Sequence record: PP434423.1
Direction: 5' to 3' (one strand)
Source of the DNA: Escherichia phage 236Ecol005PP
Length of the DNA stretch: 64,000 bases
Both the position numbers and the translations under genes were made by a program. Positions 1-10,765 of this stretch are shown one piece after another; the stretch's first letter is position 1; every line of letters starts with the position of its first letter. The notes under the pieces were generated by a model, which made no database searches, was not told the origin of the DNA, and saw nothing but the letters and a program-made list of their open reading frames with translations.

Positions 1-1
1 C

Positions 2-751
2 GAATTAGCACAAGACCTCCGCGCTGTTCACGGTATGGATGCTGATGCTGAACTGTCTGGTATTCTGGCTACAGAAATCATGCTGGAAATTAACCGTGAA
101 GTTGTTGATTGGATTAACTACTCAGCTCAGGTTGGTAAATCTGGTATGACCCTGACTCCGGGTTCTAAAGCTGGTGTATTTGACTTCCAGGATCCGATTG
201 ATATTCGTGGTGCTCGCTGGGCGGGTGAATCCTTTAAAGCTCTGTTGTTCCAGATTGACAAAGAAGCAGTTGAAATTGCTCGTCAGACTGGTCGTGGTGA
301 AGGTAACTTCATTATCGCTTCCCGTAACGTAGTTAACGTTCTGGCTTCAGTTGATACCGGCATTTCTTATGCTGCACAGGGTCTGGCTACCGGCTTTAAC
401 ACTGATACTACCAAGTCAGTATTTGCTGGTGTTCTGGGTGGTAAATACCGTGTATATATCGACCAGTATGCTAAACAGGATTATTTCACTGTAGGTTATA
501 AAGGTCCGAACGAAATGGATGCTGGTATTTACTATGCTCCATATGTAGCTCTGACTCCGCTGCGTGGTTCCGATCCGAAGAACTTCCAACCAGTAATGGG
601 ATTCAAAACTCGTTACGGTATCGGTATCAACCCATTTGCAGAATCCGCTGCTCAGGCTCCGGCTTCTCGCATCCAGAGCGGTATGCCTTCTATTCTGAAT
701 AGCCTTGGTAAAAACGCTTACTTCCGCCGTGTATATGTTAAAGGTATCTAA
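2..751 (+). CDS. 23: major capsid protein gp23, C-terminal part (5' end lies outside window)
   Basis: ORF runs in from window edge; C-terminal 238 aa recognisable as T4-type gp23; followed by hairpin terminator and gene 24. Confidence 0.85.
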   Translation, partial: ELAQDLRAVHGMDADAELSGILATEIMLEINREVVDWINYSAQVGKSGMTLTPGSKAGVFDFQDPIDIRGARWAGESFKALLFQIDKEAVEIARQTGRGEGNFIIASRNVVNVLASVDTGISYAAQGLATGFNTDTTKSVFAGVLGGKYRVYIDQYAKQDYFTVGYKGPNEMDAGIYYAPYVALTPLRGSDPKNFQPVMGFKTRYGIGINPFAESAAQAPASRIQSGMPSILNSLGKNAYFRRVYVKGI

Positions 752-764
752 TCTTTGACGATTT

Positions 765-796
765 AAGGGACCTTCGGGTCCCTTTAGTTGTTTTTA
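765..796 (+). terminator. intrinsic terminator hairpin after gene 23
   Basis: GGGACC-TTCG-GGTCCC stem-loop followed by T-rich tract directly after gp23 stop. Confidence 0.6.
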
Positions 797-799
797 TGG

Positions 800-807
800 T
801 ATAAATA
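800..807 (+). promoter_or_regulatory. T4-type late promoter (TATAAATA) for gene 24
   Basis: exact TATAAATA about 28 nt upstream of gene 24 ATG. Confidence 0.6.
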
Positions 808-834
808 AATCATATAAACTGAAAGGAAAGCGCA

Positions 835-2118
835 ATGGCTAAAATCAACGAACTTTTGCGCGAATCAACCACAACGAATAGCAACTCAATCGGTCGCCCA
901 AATCTCGTTGCTTTGACTCGCGCTACCACTAAATTAATATATTCTGACATTGTAGCAACGCAAAGAACTAATCAACCTGTTGCTGCTTTTTATGGTATCA
1001 AATACCTTAACCCAGATAATGAATTTACATTTAAAACTGGTGCTACTTACGCTGGCGAAGCTGGGTACGTAGATCGAGAACAAATCACAGAATTAACAGA
1101 AGAGTCTAAATTAACTCTCAATAAAGGCGATTTATTCAAATATAATAATATCGTTTATAAAGTATTAGAAGATACACCATTTGCTGATATTGAAGAAAGC
1201 GATTTAGAATTAGCTCTTCAGATTGCAATTGTTCTTTTAAAGGTTCGTCTATTTTCTGATGCTGCAGTAACAAGCAAATTTGAAAGCTCTGATAGCGAAA
1301 TTGCGGATGCTAGATTCCAGATTAATAAATGGCAAACCGCAGTTAAATCTCGTAAACTTAAAACTGGCATTACGGTTGAATTAGCACAAGATTTAGAAGC
1401 AAATGGATTCGATGCTCCTAATTTCTTGGAAGATTTGCTTGCAACTGAAATGGCAGATGAAATCAATAAAGATATTCTGCAATCTTTGATTACAGTATCA
1501 AAACGCTATAAAGTTACAGGAATTACTGATAGTGGATTCATCGATTTGAGTTATGCATCTGCTCCTGAAGCAGGTCGTTCATTATACCGAATGGTATGTG
1601 AAATGGTTTCGCATATCCAAAAAGAATCAACTTATACAGCAACGTTCTGTGTTGCTTCTGCTCGTGCCGCTGCGATTCTTGCTGCATCAGGTTGGTTAAA
1701 ACATAAACCAGAAGATGACAAATATCTTTCACAAAATGCCTACGGGTTATTAGCTAATGGTTTACCGCTTTATTGCGATACTAACAGCCCATTAGATTAT
1801 GTAATCGTTGGTGTAGTAGAAAATATCGGTGAAAAAGAAATTGTTGGATCAATTTTCTATGCTCCGTATACAGAAGGTCTTGACTTAGATGACCCTGAAC
1901 ATGTAGGTGCATTTAAAGTTGTAGTTGATCCAGAAAGCTTACAACCATCTATCGGTTTATTGGTTAGATATGCTTTATCTGCAAATCCTTACACTGTAGC
2001 AAAAGATGAAAAAGAAGCAAGAATAATTGATGGTGGAGACATGGATAAAATGGCGGGTCGTTCAGATTTGTCTGTTTTATTAGGTGTTAAACTGCCAAAA
2101 ATTATCGTTGATGAATAA
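835..2118 (+). CDS. 24: head vertex protein gp24
   Basis: 427-aa ORF with capsid-fold protein, T4 gp24 length and synteny after gene 23. Confidence 0.9.
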   Translation: MAKINELLRESTTTNSNSIGRPNLVALTRATTKLIYSDIVATQRTNQPVAAFYGIKYLNPDNEFTFKTGATYAGEAGYVDREQITELTEESKLTLNKGDLFKYNNIVYKVLEDTPFADIEESDLELALQIAIVLLKVRLFSDAAVTSKFESSDSEIADARFQINKWQTAVKSRKLKTGITVELAQDLEANGFDAPNFLEDLLATEMADEINKDILQSLITVSKRYKVTGITDSGFIDLSYASAPEAGRSLYRMVCEMVSHIQKESTYTATFCVASARAAAILAASGWLKHKPEDDKYLSQNAYGLLANGLPLYCDTNSPLDYVIVGVVENIGEKEIVGSIFYAPYTEGLDLDDPEHVGAFKVVVDPESLQPSIGLLVRYALSANPYTVAKDEKEARIIDGGDMDKMAGRSDLSVLLGVKLPKIIVDE

Positions 2119-2123
2119 AACAA

Positions 2124-2146
2124 AGGGACCGAAAGGTCCCTTTTTA
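2124..2146. terminator. bidirectional hairpin terminator between convergent genes 24 and rnlB
   Basis: AGGGACC-GAAA-GGTCCCT stem-loop flanked by T/A runs. Confidence 0.6.
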
Positions 2147-2147
2147 T

Positions 2148-3152
2148 TTAACTTACCAATTCAATCCAAGCCGGACGAAGTACATCTTGTACCATTTTAA
2201 CTAATTCCTTTTTAATCAAAGAAGGATTATCCGCTTGAGTTAGAGTAATACCTTCACGAGAAGTTTCTTCCAAAATATCTTGAACAGTTAGCCCCATCAC
2301 CTTTCCAAAATCCTTTGGACCAATTTCGCCAATTTTAGAAATAACGTTATTTACTCGGTTCAGTGTAACGTAGCAAGCTAAAATTCCCAGCAATTTATTA
2401 TCAGCTTCTGACAGCTCAACTTTAGCTTTAATAGGCTTATCAGACTTTTTCTTTTCGCTAAATTTAGAGTTCTTGCATTTAATAGCTACACGATTGCCAT
2501 TAGGCATCCAAGAAGGATAACAAGGTTTCAATACATATCCTTCAGCAGTAAATACTTCGCCTTTTGCTTCGGCATTCCAAACGCATTTATTTGCATCAAC
2601 TAATCCAGCATGGTCTACTGTAAAATTATAATCCTGGACGACAGAATCTAAATCATTTGGCAATTTAATAAGTTCTTCAAATTTACCACGACCCAAAAGT
2701 GGAGCCGTTTTAAATTTGAATGTATTACAGAATGATTCCATCATATAATCATCGACATAAGTCACATCACCACTTTCTGTAGTAACAATAATGTCAAATA
2801 CATAAAAATCTTTATCACCATAATCGACATTCTTCTGAATGCCAGGTCCAGCGAATTCGCCAAAAACTTGATAAGATACAACTGCTGAAGTTTCCATAAT
2901 ATCTTGCACTGCTTTAATGGAATCAGCGTAATTCTTTAAAATAATTTCATACCCAAAGAAATCTTCAGCAGGAAGAATCGGTCCAGTACGTTTAGCACAA
3001 GTTGCTTTATCGCGTTCAATAATCAGTGAGAAATTTGTGCCATGAATCTTTTCACGAGCTACCCATTCGCCGTCAGTCAATCCTAAACTGTAAAGTTTTT
3101 CAATGAATTTAGAATTGTAATGATTTTCAAGACTGCTATACTTTTTAAACAT
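2148..3152 (-). CDS. rnlB: RNA ligase 2 (Rnl2)
   Basis: 334-aa ORF, N-terminal nucleotidyltransferase lysine motif (KIHGTN), T4 Rnl2 length and position. Confidence 0.9.
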   Translation of the reverse strand: MFKKYSSLENHYNSKFIEKLYSLGLTDGEWVAREKIHGTNFSLIIERDKATCAKRTGPILPAEDFFGYEIILKNYADSIKAVQDIMETSAVVSYQVFGEFAGPGIQKNVDYGDKDFYVFDIIVTTESGDVTYVDDYMMESFCNTFKFKTAPLLGRGKFEELIKLPNDLDSVVQDYNFTVDHAGLVDANKCVWNAEAKGEVFTAEGYVLKPCYPSWMPNGNRVAIKCKNSKFSEKKKSDKPIKAKVELSEADNKLLGILACYVTLNRVNNVISKIGEIGPKDFGKVMGLTVQDILEETSREGITLTQADNPSLIKKELVKMVQDVLRPAWIELVS

Positions 3153-3161
3153 AATTAATCC

Positions 3162-3440
3162 TCAAAATGTAATTTCTAACCAATCACCATCACGCTGATC
3201 ACTATTGACTTTAAAGCTAAATCCTTCTTTTCTCAGCCAATCACCAATTTCTTCAGTAATCAATTTATCGCGAGCGATACAATAATAACTAAAATATGTT
3301 TTACCTTGTTCAGCTGCTTTATTGGCAAGTTCCGAAAAATCTTTAATAAAACACTCTAGCTTAAACTGTTTACTTTTTAATGCTTTTTCGCGTAGTTGAT
3401 TAGCAAAAGATTCATTTTCATAAAGATCATACTGTTCCAT
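3162..3440 (-). CDS. 24.2: hypothetical protein (T4 24.2 position)
   Basis: 92-aa ORF in T4 synteny. Confidence 0.6.
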   Translation of the reverse strand: MEQYDLYENESFANQLREKALKSKQFKLECFIKDFSELANKAAEQGKTYFSYYCIARDKLITEEIGDWLRKEGFSFKVNSDQRDGDWLEITF

Positions 3441-3636
3441 TTTTCACCTTTTTATTGATATGTCTTTTTCTATAGACGACTTTTTCTCGAGTTTCAAATT
3501 TATTCTTAGCAGTCATAGCTCGAGCCCATAATACAGCCACTTCTTTCGCCTGTAAGTTCAATTCACGAGCAATTTCAATGAATGACTTTCCAGACTCATG
3601 AAGAGTAAACACCACAACCTCAGTTCTCATAATCAA
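3427..3636 (-). CDS. 24.3: hypothetical small DNA-binding-like protein (T4 24.3 position)
   Basis: 69-aa ORF; ORF-track start appears to be TTG, true start may be internal ATG at about 3630. Confidence 0.5.
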   Translation of the reverse strand: MIMRTEVVVFTLHESGKSFIEIARELNLQAKEVAVLWARAMTAKNKFETREKVVYRKRHINKKVKNGTV

Positions 3637-3699
3637 TCCCGTATTATTTGGTTTGTGCCATTATATACATCAATCTCAAGATGTGTTTTGTATGCTTTA

Positions 3700-3725
3700 A
3701 AAACGAAGAAAGGGGCCGAAGCCCC
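3700..3725 (-). terminator. intrinsic terminator downstream of hoc
   Basis: GGGGC-CGAA-GCCCC hairpin followed by T-run on minus strand. Confidence 0.55.
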
Positions 3726-3729
3726 ACGA

Positions 3730-4860
3730 TTATGGATAAGTATAGATGATACCAGTTTCTAAAGCAGTTTTATGAATGATGTATCCATTACGTGATTCTT
3801 GAACATCAACTTCTGGATAATCTTGAATCATCTTCTGAAGAGTGTAACGATGCAGGTAATATTTACTATCTGGGTCGTCAGTTTTCCAATCTTTACCTTC
3901 TTCGGTCATTTTTTGGATTTCATCCATAACCCACCAACCGCACCAGATATAAGCTGAAGTACGGTGTGGAAGAGGATGAACATAAGGCAATTCACCTTCT
4001 GGTTCCGGAGCAACTTTATCAGTCACTTGAACTTGACCTTCTGCTGTAATAGTTTTGCTATCATAATCAGTAGCAGTAACAGTAGCAGTAACTTCAATGG
4101 TTTGACTTCCAACAGATGAGGTATCAACGGTATATACATTAGTTGACCCTTCTACAGGAGAAGAATCTTTCTTCCATGAATAAGTAATTTGCGCTTCTTC
4201 TGGAGCATCAGTAACATTAGCAGTAAATGTAGCCGAAGCATCTTGTTGAACGTTAATAGAAGGAGGAGTCAATGTAACCTGTGGATTCATTGTCTTCTTA
4301 TTAACCGTTAATGATACTTCATTAGAAGTAACGCTTAGTGCATCATAATCTGTCGCGGTTACTTGAGCTACACACTTGATTTTTTTAACTCCGCTTGTGG
4401 TAGGAGTGTAATTGAATGTAGCGCTAGTTGCTTCGTCCACAGGAGAATCATCTACATACCACTGATACGTAGCAGATGCTCCATCAGGTTGAGAAGCTAA
4501 GGCAGCAGTAAATTGAACTGGGGTTCCGATTACTCCAGCGTCAGGGCTATCAGGAGTTACTGCTAAGGTGGTCGTTTGTGTCTTATTTTTAACCGTGATA
4601 GTCGTAGTAATTTCTGCTGTTTCGGGACTACTATCGGCAACTTGATTTGTTGCAACAACTTTAATTGTTTTTGTTCCAGCAGGTCCTTTTAATACATAAT
4701 TAAAAGTTGCTTCAGCTCCATCTTGTGGAACATTATCTACGCTCCAAGCATATGTAATAGGTCCATCTCCAGTTTGACCACTGGGTGTAGCAGTAAACTG
4801 CTGAGTCTGATCTATAACTCCAGTAGGTGTTTTAGGAGTTATATCAACTGTAAAAGCCAT
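3730..4860 (-). CDS. hoc: Hoc, highly immunogenic outer capsid protein (Ig-like repeats)
   Basis: 376-aa ORF with repeated Ig-like segments and conserved C-terminal capsid-binding region. Confidence 0.9.
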   Translation of the reverse strand: MAFTVDITPKTPTGVIDQTQQFTATPSGQTGDGPITYAWSVDNVPQDGAEATFNYVLKGPAGTKTIKVVATNQVADSSPETAEITTTITVKNKTQTTTLAVTPDSPDAGVIGTPVQFTAALASQPDGASATYQWYVDDSPVDEATSATFNYTPTTSGVKKIKCVAQVTATDYDALSVTSNEVSLTVNKKTMNPQVTLTPPSINVQQDASATFTANVTDAPEEAQITYSWKKDSSPVEGSTNVYTVDTSSVGSQTIEVTATVTATDYDSKTITAEGQVQVTDKVAPEPEGELPYVHPLPHRTSAYIWCGWWVMDEIQKMTEEGKDWKTDDPDSKYYLHRYTLQKMIQDYPEVDVQESRNGYIIHKTALETGIIYTYP

Positions 4861-4869
4861 AAGTTATCC

Positions 4870-5550
4870 TTATTTTAATGTTACGAAAGAAGAATTGCGT
4901 GTTTCACGAATTAGAACTGATCCGTCGCGATTAATATAATAAATTAAGCTAAATAAAGTTTGGTGTGCCGACGCATGTTCAAAACTAGTTGGGTGAGATT
5001 TCCAATCCGGAGTTTCAGCTATCCATTGATAAATCCACCAAGGAACAGTGCAGAATCCTGGATTTTTTCCAATCAGCTGAAGATTCGGGCTAAAGTTTTC
5101 CGGAAGAGTAAATACAGACGGCTTTTCAGATTCAATAATCTCAGCTACAGCTTGCTCGAATTTTTCTTCAACAAAAGGAGTATCTTCAATCAAAACATCG
5201 GTATTTTCGGGAATTTTATCCGTTTCGACTACTTCAATTTTAATGTCAGATTTAACCGGAGAATCAATCAGAAGTGCTGCTTCTGGATTGACTTCTTCAT
5301 CGTCATATTTTAATCCCTCTGCGGCATCAGCAGCATTGATTAAGTCTTTAATAGATAACCCATCAGTCTCTGGCATAGGTTCACTAGCGAGCTTCTGGAG
5401 GGCTTCTTCAATATCAACAACGATATTATCAAAAGATTTATTCTTTTTGACCTTTATACCAAACTGTTCAGCGTATTCAGCTAATTTAGCTTTAGCTTCT
5501 TTATTATCATCAAGAGCCTTCAGCTCTGCAATATAATCTTTATCTATCAT
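4870..5550 (-). CDS. inh: Inh, inhibitor of prohead protease
   Basis: 226-aa acidic protein, T4 Inh length and synteny. Confidence 0.8.
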   Translation of the reverse strand: MIDKDYIAELKALDDNKEAKAKLAEYAEQFGIKVKKNKSFDNIVVDIEEALQKLASEPMPETDGLSIKDLINAADAAEGLKYDDEEVNPEAALLIDSPVKSDIKIEVVETDKIPENTDVLIEDTPFVEEKFEQAVAEIIESEKPSVFTLPENFSPNLQLIGKNPGFCTVPWWIYQWIAETPDWKSHPTSFEHASAHQTLFSLIYYINRDGSVLIRETRNSSFVTLK

Positions 5551-5563
5551 AATATTTCCTCAG

Positions 5564-5571
5564 TATAAATA
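5564..5571 (+). promoter_or_regulatory. late promoter TATAAATA upstream of segD
   Basis: exact TATAAATA 29 nt upstream of segD ATG. Confidence 0.5.
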
Positions 5572-5599
5572 TAGATATATTTATTACTCGGAAAATAGT

Positions 5600-6217
5600 A
5601 TGTACCACTTTGTATATGAAACGACAAATCTAATAAATGGTAAAAAGTATATAGGAAAACACTCTACTGATGACTTGAATGATGGCTACCTTGGTTCCGG
5701 TAAAGCAATTCAGCAGGCTATAAAGAAATATGGTGAAAAGAATTTCTCTAGAACAATACTAAAAGAGTTTAAAACTTCCGAAGAAGCGTACATGTATGAA
5801 GAAGAAATTATAACTCCTGAACTAATAAAAAGCAAAAATTATTATAATATGAAACCTGGTGGAATTGGTGGAATTGTTATGACTGCAGAGGTTATAGCAA
5901 AGATGAAAGAATCTTCCGCTAAGAGATTTGAAAACTCACCGGGCACGGTATTAGGTACAACTTGTTACACCAATGGAACTAAAAATATTTTTATTAAACC
6001 TGGAGAACTTGTTCCAGAAGGATTTGTAAAAGGGATGGTTCATCTTAATAGAAAGTCCAGAAAAGGATGTAAAGTCAAACCGACTACCACAGGAACTTTT
6101 TGGGTCAATAATGGAGCAATAAATAAATTAATACAACCAGACGGTATTATTCCCGACGGATTTATTAAAGGTCGTCTCATGAAAAGAGACTCTAAAGGCA
6201 AATTTAGTAAGGCATAA
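5600..6217 (+). CDS. segD: GIY-YIG homing endonuclease SegD
   Basis: N-terminal GIY-YIG-type motif (VYETTNLINGKKYIGKH), C-terminal repeated PEGFVKG/PDGFIKG DNA-binding motifs. Confidence 0.75.
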   Translation: MYHFVYETTNLINGKKYIGKHSTDDLNDGYLGSGKAIQQAIKKYGEKNFSRTILKEFKTSEEAYMYEEEIITPELIKSKNYYNMKPGGIGGIVMTAEVIAKMKESSAKRFENSPGTVLGTTCYTNGTKNIFIKPGELVPEGFVKGMVHLNRKSRKGCKVKPTTTGTFWVNNGAINKLIQPDGIIPDGFIKGRLMKRDSKGKFSKA

Positions 6218-6219
6218 TT

Positions 6220-7728
6220 ATGGATATTAAAGTACATTTTCACGACTTCAGTCATGTACGCATCGATTGTGAAGAGAGCACGTTCCACGAATTAAGAGAT
6301 TTCTTTTCGTTTGAGGCCGATGGATATAGGTTTAATCCTCGCTTCAGATATGGCAACTGGGATGGACGAATCCGTCTTTTAGATTATAATCGCCTTCTTC
6401 CATTTGGCTTAGTCGGGCAAATTAAAAAGTTCTGTGATAACTTTGGCTATAAAGCCTGGATTGACCCGCAGATTAACGAAAAAGAAGAATTATCAAGAAA
6501 AGATTTTGATGAATGGCTTTCTAAATTAGAAATCTATTCAGGAAATAAAAGAATTGAACCACACTGGTATCAAAAAGATGCAGTGTTCGAAGGATTAGTT
6601 AATCGTCGTAGAATTCTTAATCTTCCAACATCCGCAGGTAAATCTTTAATTCAAGCTTTGCTTGCTCGATATTATTTGGAAAATTATGAAGGTAAAATTC
6701 TTATCATTGTTCCAACAACTGCTCTGACAACTCAGATGGCTGATGACTTTGTTGACTATCGTTTATTCAGTCATGCAATGATAAAGAAAATCGGTGGTGG
6801 AGCATCAAAAGATGATAAATATAAAAATGATGCACCGGTCGTTGTTGGTACATGGCAAACTGTAGTAAAACAACCGAAAGAATGGTTCTCACAGTTTGGA
6901 ATGATGATGAATGATGAATGCCATCTTGCTACAGGAAAAAGTATTTCATCTATCATATCAGGTTTAAATAACTGCATGTTTAAATTTGGTTTGTCCGGTT
7001 CATTGCGTGATGGCAAAGCTAATATCATGCAGTATGTTGGAATGTTTGGTGAAATATTTAAGCCAGTAACGACTTCTAAATTAATGGAAGATGGACAAGT
7101 AACTGAGTTAAAAATTAATAGTATTTTTCTTCGCTATCCCGATGAGTTCACTACTAAATTAAAGGGAAAAACTTACCAAGAAGAAATAAAAATTATTACT
7201 GGGCTCAGTAAAAGAAATAAATGGATCGCTAAATTAGCTATTAAGCTTGCGCAAAAAGATGAAAACGCTTTTGTCATGTTTAAGCATGTATCACATGGTA
7301 AAGCTATTTTCGATTTAATTAAAAATGAATACGATAAAGTTTATTACGTATCAGGGGAAGTTGATACCGAAACCCGCAATATAATGAAAACCTTAGCTGA
7401 AAACGGTAAAGGAATAATTATAGTAGCTAGTTATGGTGTATTTTCTACTGGTATTTCAGTTAAAAATCTGCATCACGTTGTTTTAGCGCACGGTGTTAAA
7501 TCTAAAATTATTGTATTGCAAACAATAGGTCGCGTATTACGTAAGCATGGTTCTAAAACAATCGCAACGGTCTGGGACCTCATAGATGATTGTGGCGTCA
7601 AGCCAAAATCTGCTAATACGAAAAAGAAATATGTTCATTTGAACTATCTTTTAAAACACGGCATTGATCGTATTCAGCGCTACGCAGATGAAAAATTTAA
7701 TTACGTAATGAAAACAGTTAATTTATAA
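6220..7728 (+). CDS. uvsW: UvsW RNA-DNA/DNA-DNA helicase
   Basis: 502-aa SF2 helicase with Walker A (PTSAGKS) and DEAH-like motifs. Confidence 0.9.
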   Translation: MDIKVHFHDFSHVRIDCEESTFHELRDFFSFEADGYRFNPRFRYGNWDGRIRLLDYNRLLPFGLVGQIKKFCDNFGYKAWIDPQINEKEELSRKDFDEWLSKLEIYSGNKRIEPHWYQKDAVFEGLVNRRRILNLPTSAGKSLIQALLARYYLENYEGKILIIVPTTALTTQMADDFVDYRLFSHAMIKKIGGGASKDDKYKNDAPVVVGTWQTVVKQPKEWFSQFGMMMNDECHLATGKSISSIISGLNNCMFKFGLSGSLRDGKANIMQYVGMFGEIFKPVTTSKLMEDGQVTELKINSIFLRYPDEFTTKLKGKTYQEEIKIITGLSKRNKWIAKLAIKLAQKDENAFVMFKHVSHGKAIFDLIKNEYDKVYYVSGEVDTETRNIMKTLAENGKGIIIVASYGVFSTGISVKNLHHVVLAHGVKSKIIVLQTIGRVLRKHGSKTIATVWDLIDDCGVKPKSANTKKKYVHLNYLLKHGIDRIQRYADEKFNYVMKTVNL

Positions 7729-7753
7729 GGGCTTCGGCCCTTTGGAGAAAAAG

Positions 7754-7984
7754 ATGTTACTAGAATTTAAACAATTTCTTTATGAAGCTTCTATTGATGA
7801 ATTTATGGGTAAAATTGCCTCTTGCCAAACATTAGAAGGTCTAGAAGAACTCGAAGCTTATTATAAGAAAAGAGTTAAAGAAACTGAATTAAAAGATACT
7901 GATGACATCTCTGTGAGAGATGCTTTGGCAGGAAAAAGAGCTGAATTAGAAGATTCAGACGATGAAGTAGAAGAAAGCTTTTAA
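7754..7984 (+). CDS. uvsW.1: UvsW.1 small acidic protein
   Basis: ORF-track start is TTG; ATG with GGAG RBS at 7754 gives the 76-aa T4-like product. Confidence 0.75.
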   Translation: MLLEFKQFLYEASIDEFMGKIASCQTLEGLEELEAYYKKRVKETELKDTDDISVRDALAGKRAELEDSDDEVEESF

Positions 7985-8040
7985 ATTAAAAAAGGCCCAA
8001 CCAAAAAAGGAAGGGCCAAAACTATAGACTAAAGGTCACA

Positions 8041-8208
8041 CTATAGCAAAAGTTGTGTTTCATTTAATTGTTCTTCCGAACTTTCTGAAACTGGTAGTTC
8101 TTTAATGTAATTATAGCAAGGCCCAGGATGTACAGGACCTTTGTCTGTTTCAACAACCAATGCAGAATCGATTGGAGTTTTACAGACAACACAAATCTTA
8201 TCTGACAT
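8041..8208 (-). CDS. uvsY.-2: small cysteine-containing protein (T4 uvsY.-2 position)
   Basis: 55-aa ORF below the track threshold; ATG with GAGGAGA RBS; MSDKICVVCK... product. Confidence 0.7.
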   Translation of the reverse strand: MSDKICVVCKTPIDSALVVETDKGPVHPGPCYNYIKELPVSESSEEQLNETQLLL

Positions 8209-8236
8209 GATTGTCTCCTCTAAATTATATATCTAT

Positions 8237-8461
8237 TTATATAACTCTCATATGCATATCAATGCCCATATCTTTAGAATAAAAATATTCATCAAGATAT
8301 CCGGCAAATTTTCCTTTAATATAAAGTACATCTTCACCGCATGGGTGGTCGGCCAGGATACGAATATCCTGGCGCTTGAGATTATACTTTTTCATTAAGA
8401 ATTGAATTTCCGTTTCGAATTCTTCTTCATAATTAAAAGCATCATCAATGCTATATTTCAT
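8237..8461 (-). CDS. uvsY.-1: hypothetical protein (T4 uvsY.-1 position)
   Basis: 74-aa ORF with TAATG overlap to uvsY stop. Confidence 0.65.
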   Translation of the reverse strand: MKYSIDDAFNYEEEFETEIQFLMKKYNLKRQDIRILADHPCGEDVLYIKGKFAGYLDEYFYSKDMGIDMHMRVI

Positions 8462-8874
8462 TATTTTCCAGCCTCAAATGCTCGCATGTCTTGAATATGC
8501 TTAATAGCAAATCCACGTGATTTAATAGCATCAAGAGCTCCGCTACAGAAATCCAGTAAAATTCCCCAATATTGTAATGAAGTATCAACTTTTAAAACAT
8601 CCTTATCAGCTGATAGAACTGTCTTCATTTCTGATTTTTCATAACGATCCATACTAAATTCATCACCATCTCCTCGTCCCGAGTAGTAGTCTAATTTAGC
8701 TTTAAGAGCAACTTTTTTCTGTGCGTCAATTCTAAGCATTTCCTTTTTAATACTTGAATGCTTATTAAGCCATTTACTATATAACATCACATTATTAGCT
8801 GCTTCATACTGTAATTTAGTCGAATCTATAAACACATCTTTCTTCAATTCTTCTTGAAGATCTTCTAATTTCAT
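8461..8874 (-). CDS. uvsY: UvsY recombination mediator
   Basis: 137-aa ORF, T4 UvsY length and sequence character. Confidence 0.9.
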   Translation of the reverse strand: MKLEDLQEELKKDVFIDSTKLQYEAANNVMLYSKWLNKHSSIKKEMLRIDAQKKVALKAKLDYYSGRGDGDEFSMDRYEKSEMKTVLSADKDVLKVDTSLQYWGILLDFCSGALDAIKSRGFAIKHIQDMRAFEAGK

Positions 8875-8914
8875 ATTGTTCTCTATTCAATTGTTATTGG
8901 ATGGACTTAGATTC

Positions 8915-8940
8915 ATTATACCACGTTTATACGTGAAGCA
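8915..8940 (-). promoter_or_regulatory. candidate MotA-dependent middle promoter for uvsY
   Basis: MotA-box-like TGCTTCA, 13-nt spacer, TATAAT, about 40 nt upstream of uvsY. Confidence 0.45.
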
Positions 8941-9339
8941 TTATACTCTATTACTGGAAGCCAATTGCAGTTTTATCTGCTCAATATCATCAGGGTTATC
9001 GATGACCGAAAAGCGTATTTCTACTATCAGAGTATAATCATCATAAACCGGTATTACATTAACTGCTAATTTATCAATACGTGGCTCGTAGTTTCTTACT
9101 GCGCTTTCGATGTTACGCTCAACTGTATCAGCAGTAAGAGGAGTCATATTCTCAAAAAGCTGGTCAGATAAATCGCATCCAAATTCTGGGTCAAAAGGTC
9201 TCGACCCTTTTCTGGTTGTAATAATTCCTAAAAGGCTATTTTTAATTGACCTTAATCCAAGAGATCTAGAAACATCTTTGTCCCAATCCATTTTCATTTC
9301 TGGGTCAATGTCAGAATAAAGCTTATTAATATTTGCCAT
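8941..9339 (-). CDS. 25: baseplate wedge protein gp25
   Basis: 132-aa ORF, T4 gp25 length and synteny. Confidence 0.9.
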   Translation of the reverse strand: MANINKLYSDIDPEMKMDWDKDVSRSLGLRSIKNSLLGIITTRKGSRPFDPEFGCDLSDQLFENMTPLTADTVERNIESAVRNYEPRIDKLAVNVIPVYDDYTLIVEIRFSVIDNPDDIEQIKLQLASSNRV

Positions 9340-9965
9340 TACAATAGCTCAAAGAATTCTTTGAGTCCTCTTATTACATGAGCGTGAGTTTTTCCACACT
9401 CTGGACACTTAATTGGAACAGCCAAATAAACAGTAGGCTTTAAAAGCATATCTTTTATAGCTACAATATCTGACTCTGTGATGATAGAATATAAATCTTC
9501 CAGTTCCTTTTCATTTAAGTCTTCAACTGGAATGCTTTCCCCGTTAGCATGAATCGTTTCTATGCATGATACTATCATGTGGGCTATATTTTTATCATCA
9601 AAAATTTTAGGGTAATGGAACTTAATTTTAATGTCACCCAGTGTATACCAGAGGTCTTCTGGTGCATCTATTTGTGTATGTAATAGATTTATATGGGTTG
9701 GTATTTCAGTTCCACAGGTGCACTTCCAGGAGTTTTCATGATTAACTTCTCCAAGAGAATGCGCCCATAAATGAATCAGCAGTAGTTCTGATTCTTGGCG
9801 GTTTAAATCTTTTGCATTTGTGCAGTCTTTGATTAGCTTTTTAACAATCTCTTCGACTGAACCGTTCTTTTTAGCAGTAATAAGTTCTAGATATTCTTTA
9901 AGAGTAAATGCGCGACAGTTGATTATTTTAGAACCAACTCTCACGTCAAATTTGTATTCATACAT
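9339..9965 (-). CDS. 26: baseplate hub protein gp26
   Basis: 208-aa ORF, synteny. Confidence 0.85.
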   Translation of the reverse strand: MYEYKFDVRVGSKIINCRAFTLKEYLELITAKKNGSVEEIVKKLIKDCTNAKDLNRQESELLLIHLWAHSLGEVNHENSWKCTCGTEIPTHINLLHTQIDAPEDLWYTLGDIKIKFHYPKIFDDKNIAHMIVSCIETIHANGESIPVEDLNEKELEDLYSIITESDIVAIKDMLLKPTVYLAVPIKCPECGKTHAHVIRGLKEFFELL

Positions 9966-9986
9966 ATTTAGCTCCTTTATTTATCA

Positions 9987-9998
9987 TATTTATAAATA
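9987..9998. promoter_or_regulatory. overlapping divergent late promoters for genes 26 and 51
   Basis: TATTTATAAATA reads TATAAATA on both strands, between divergent starts. Confidence 0.55.
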
Positions 9999-10015
9999 GA
10001 ATAAAAGGAGCATCT

Positions 10016-10765
10016 ATGGCAAACATTATTCGTTGTAAATTACCAGATGGTGTTCATCGTTTTAAACCATTTACGGTAGAAGATTATCGAGATTTTTTGT
10101 TAGTTCGAAACGATATAGAACATCGGTCACCACAAGAACAAAAAGAAATAATTGCTGATTTAATTGCTGATTATTTTGGAGACTATCCGAAGACTTGGCA
10201 ACCATTTATATTTTTGCAGGTATTTGTAGGGTCGATAGGTAAAACTAAAGTACCGGTCACATTTGTATGTCCAAAATGTAAAAAAGAAAAGACAGTTCCA
10301 TTTGAAATATATCAAAAAGAATTAAAGGAACCTGTTTTTGATGTAGCTAATGTTAAAATTAAATTAAAGTTTCCTTCTGAGTTTTATGAAAATAAAGCAA
10401 AGATGATTACTGAAAATATTCATTCTGTTCAAGTAGATGAAACTTGGTATGATTGGAAGGAAATTAGCGAATCAAGTCAAATAGAACTCGTTGACGCCAT
10501 CGAGATAGAAACATTAGAAAAAATTCTCGATGCAATGAATCCTATTAATTTAACTCTACATATGTCATGCTGTAATAAGTATGTAAAAAAATACACTGAT
10601 ATAGTAGATGTGTTTAAGCTATTAGTTAACCCAGATGAAATATTTACTTTTTATCAAATCAATCACACGCTCGTAAAAAGTAATTATAGCTTAAATTCAA
10701 TAATGAAAATGATTCCTGCCGAGCGCGGATTCGTATTAAAACTGATTGAGAAGGATAAACAATAA
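10016..10765 (+). CDS. 51: baseplate hub assembly protein gp51
   Basis: 249-aa ORF, synteny. Confidence 0.85.
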   Translation: MANIIRCKLPDGVHRFKPFTVEDYRDFLLVRNDIEHRSPQEQKEIIADLIADYFGDYPKTWQPFIFLQVFVGSIGKTKVPVTFVCPKCKKEKTVPFEIYQKELKEPVFDVANVKIKLKFPSEFYENKAKMITENIHSVQVDETWYDWKEISESSQIELVDAIEIETLEKILDAMNPINLTLHMSCCNKYVKKYTDIVDVFKLLVNPDEIFTFYQINHTLVKSNYSLNSIMKMIPAERGFVLKLIEKDKQ

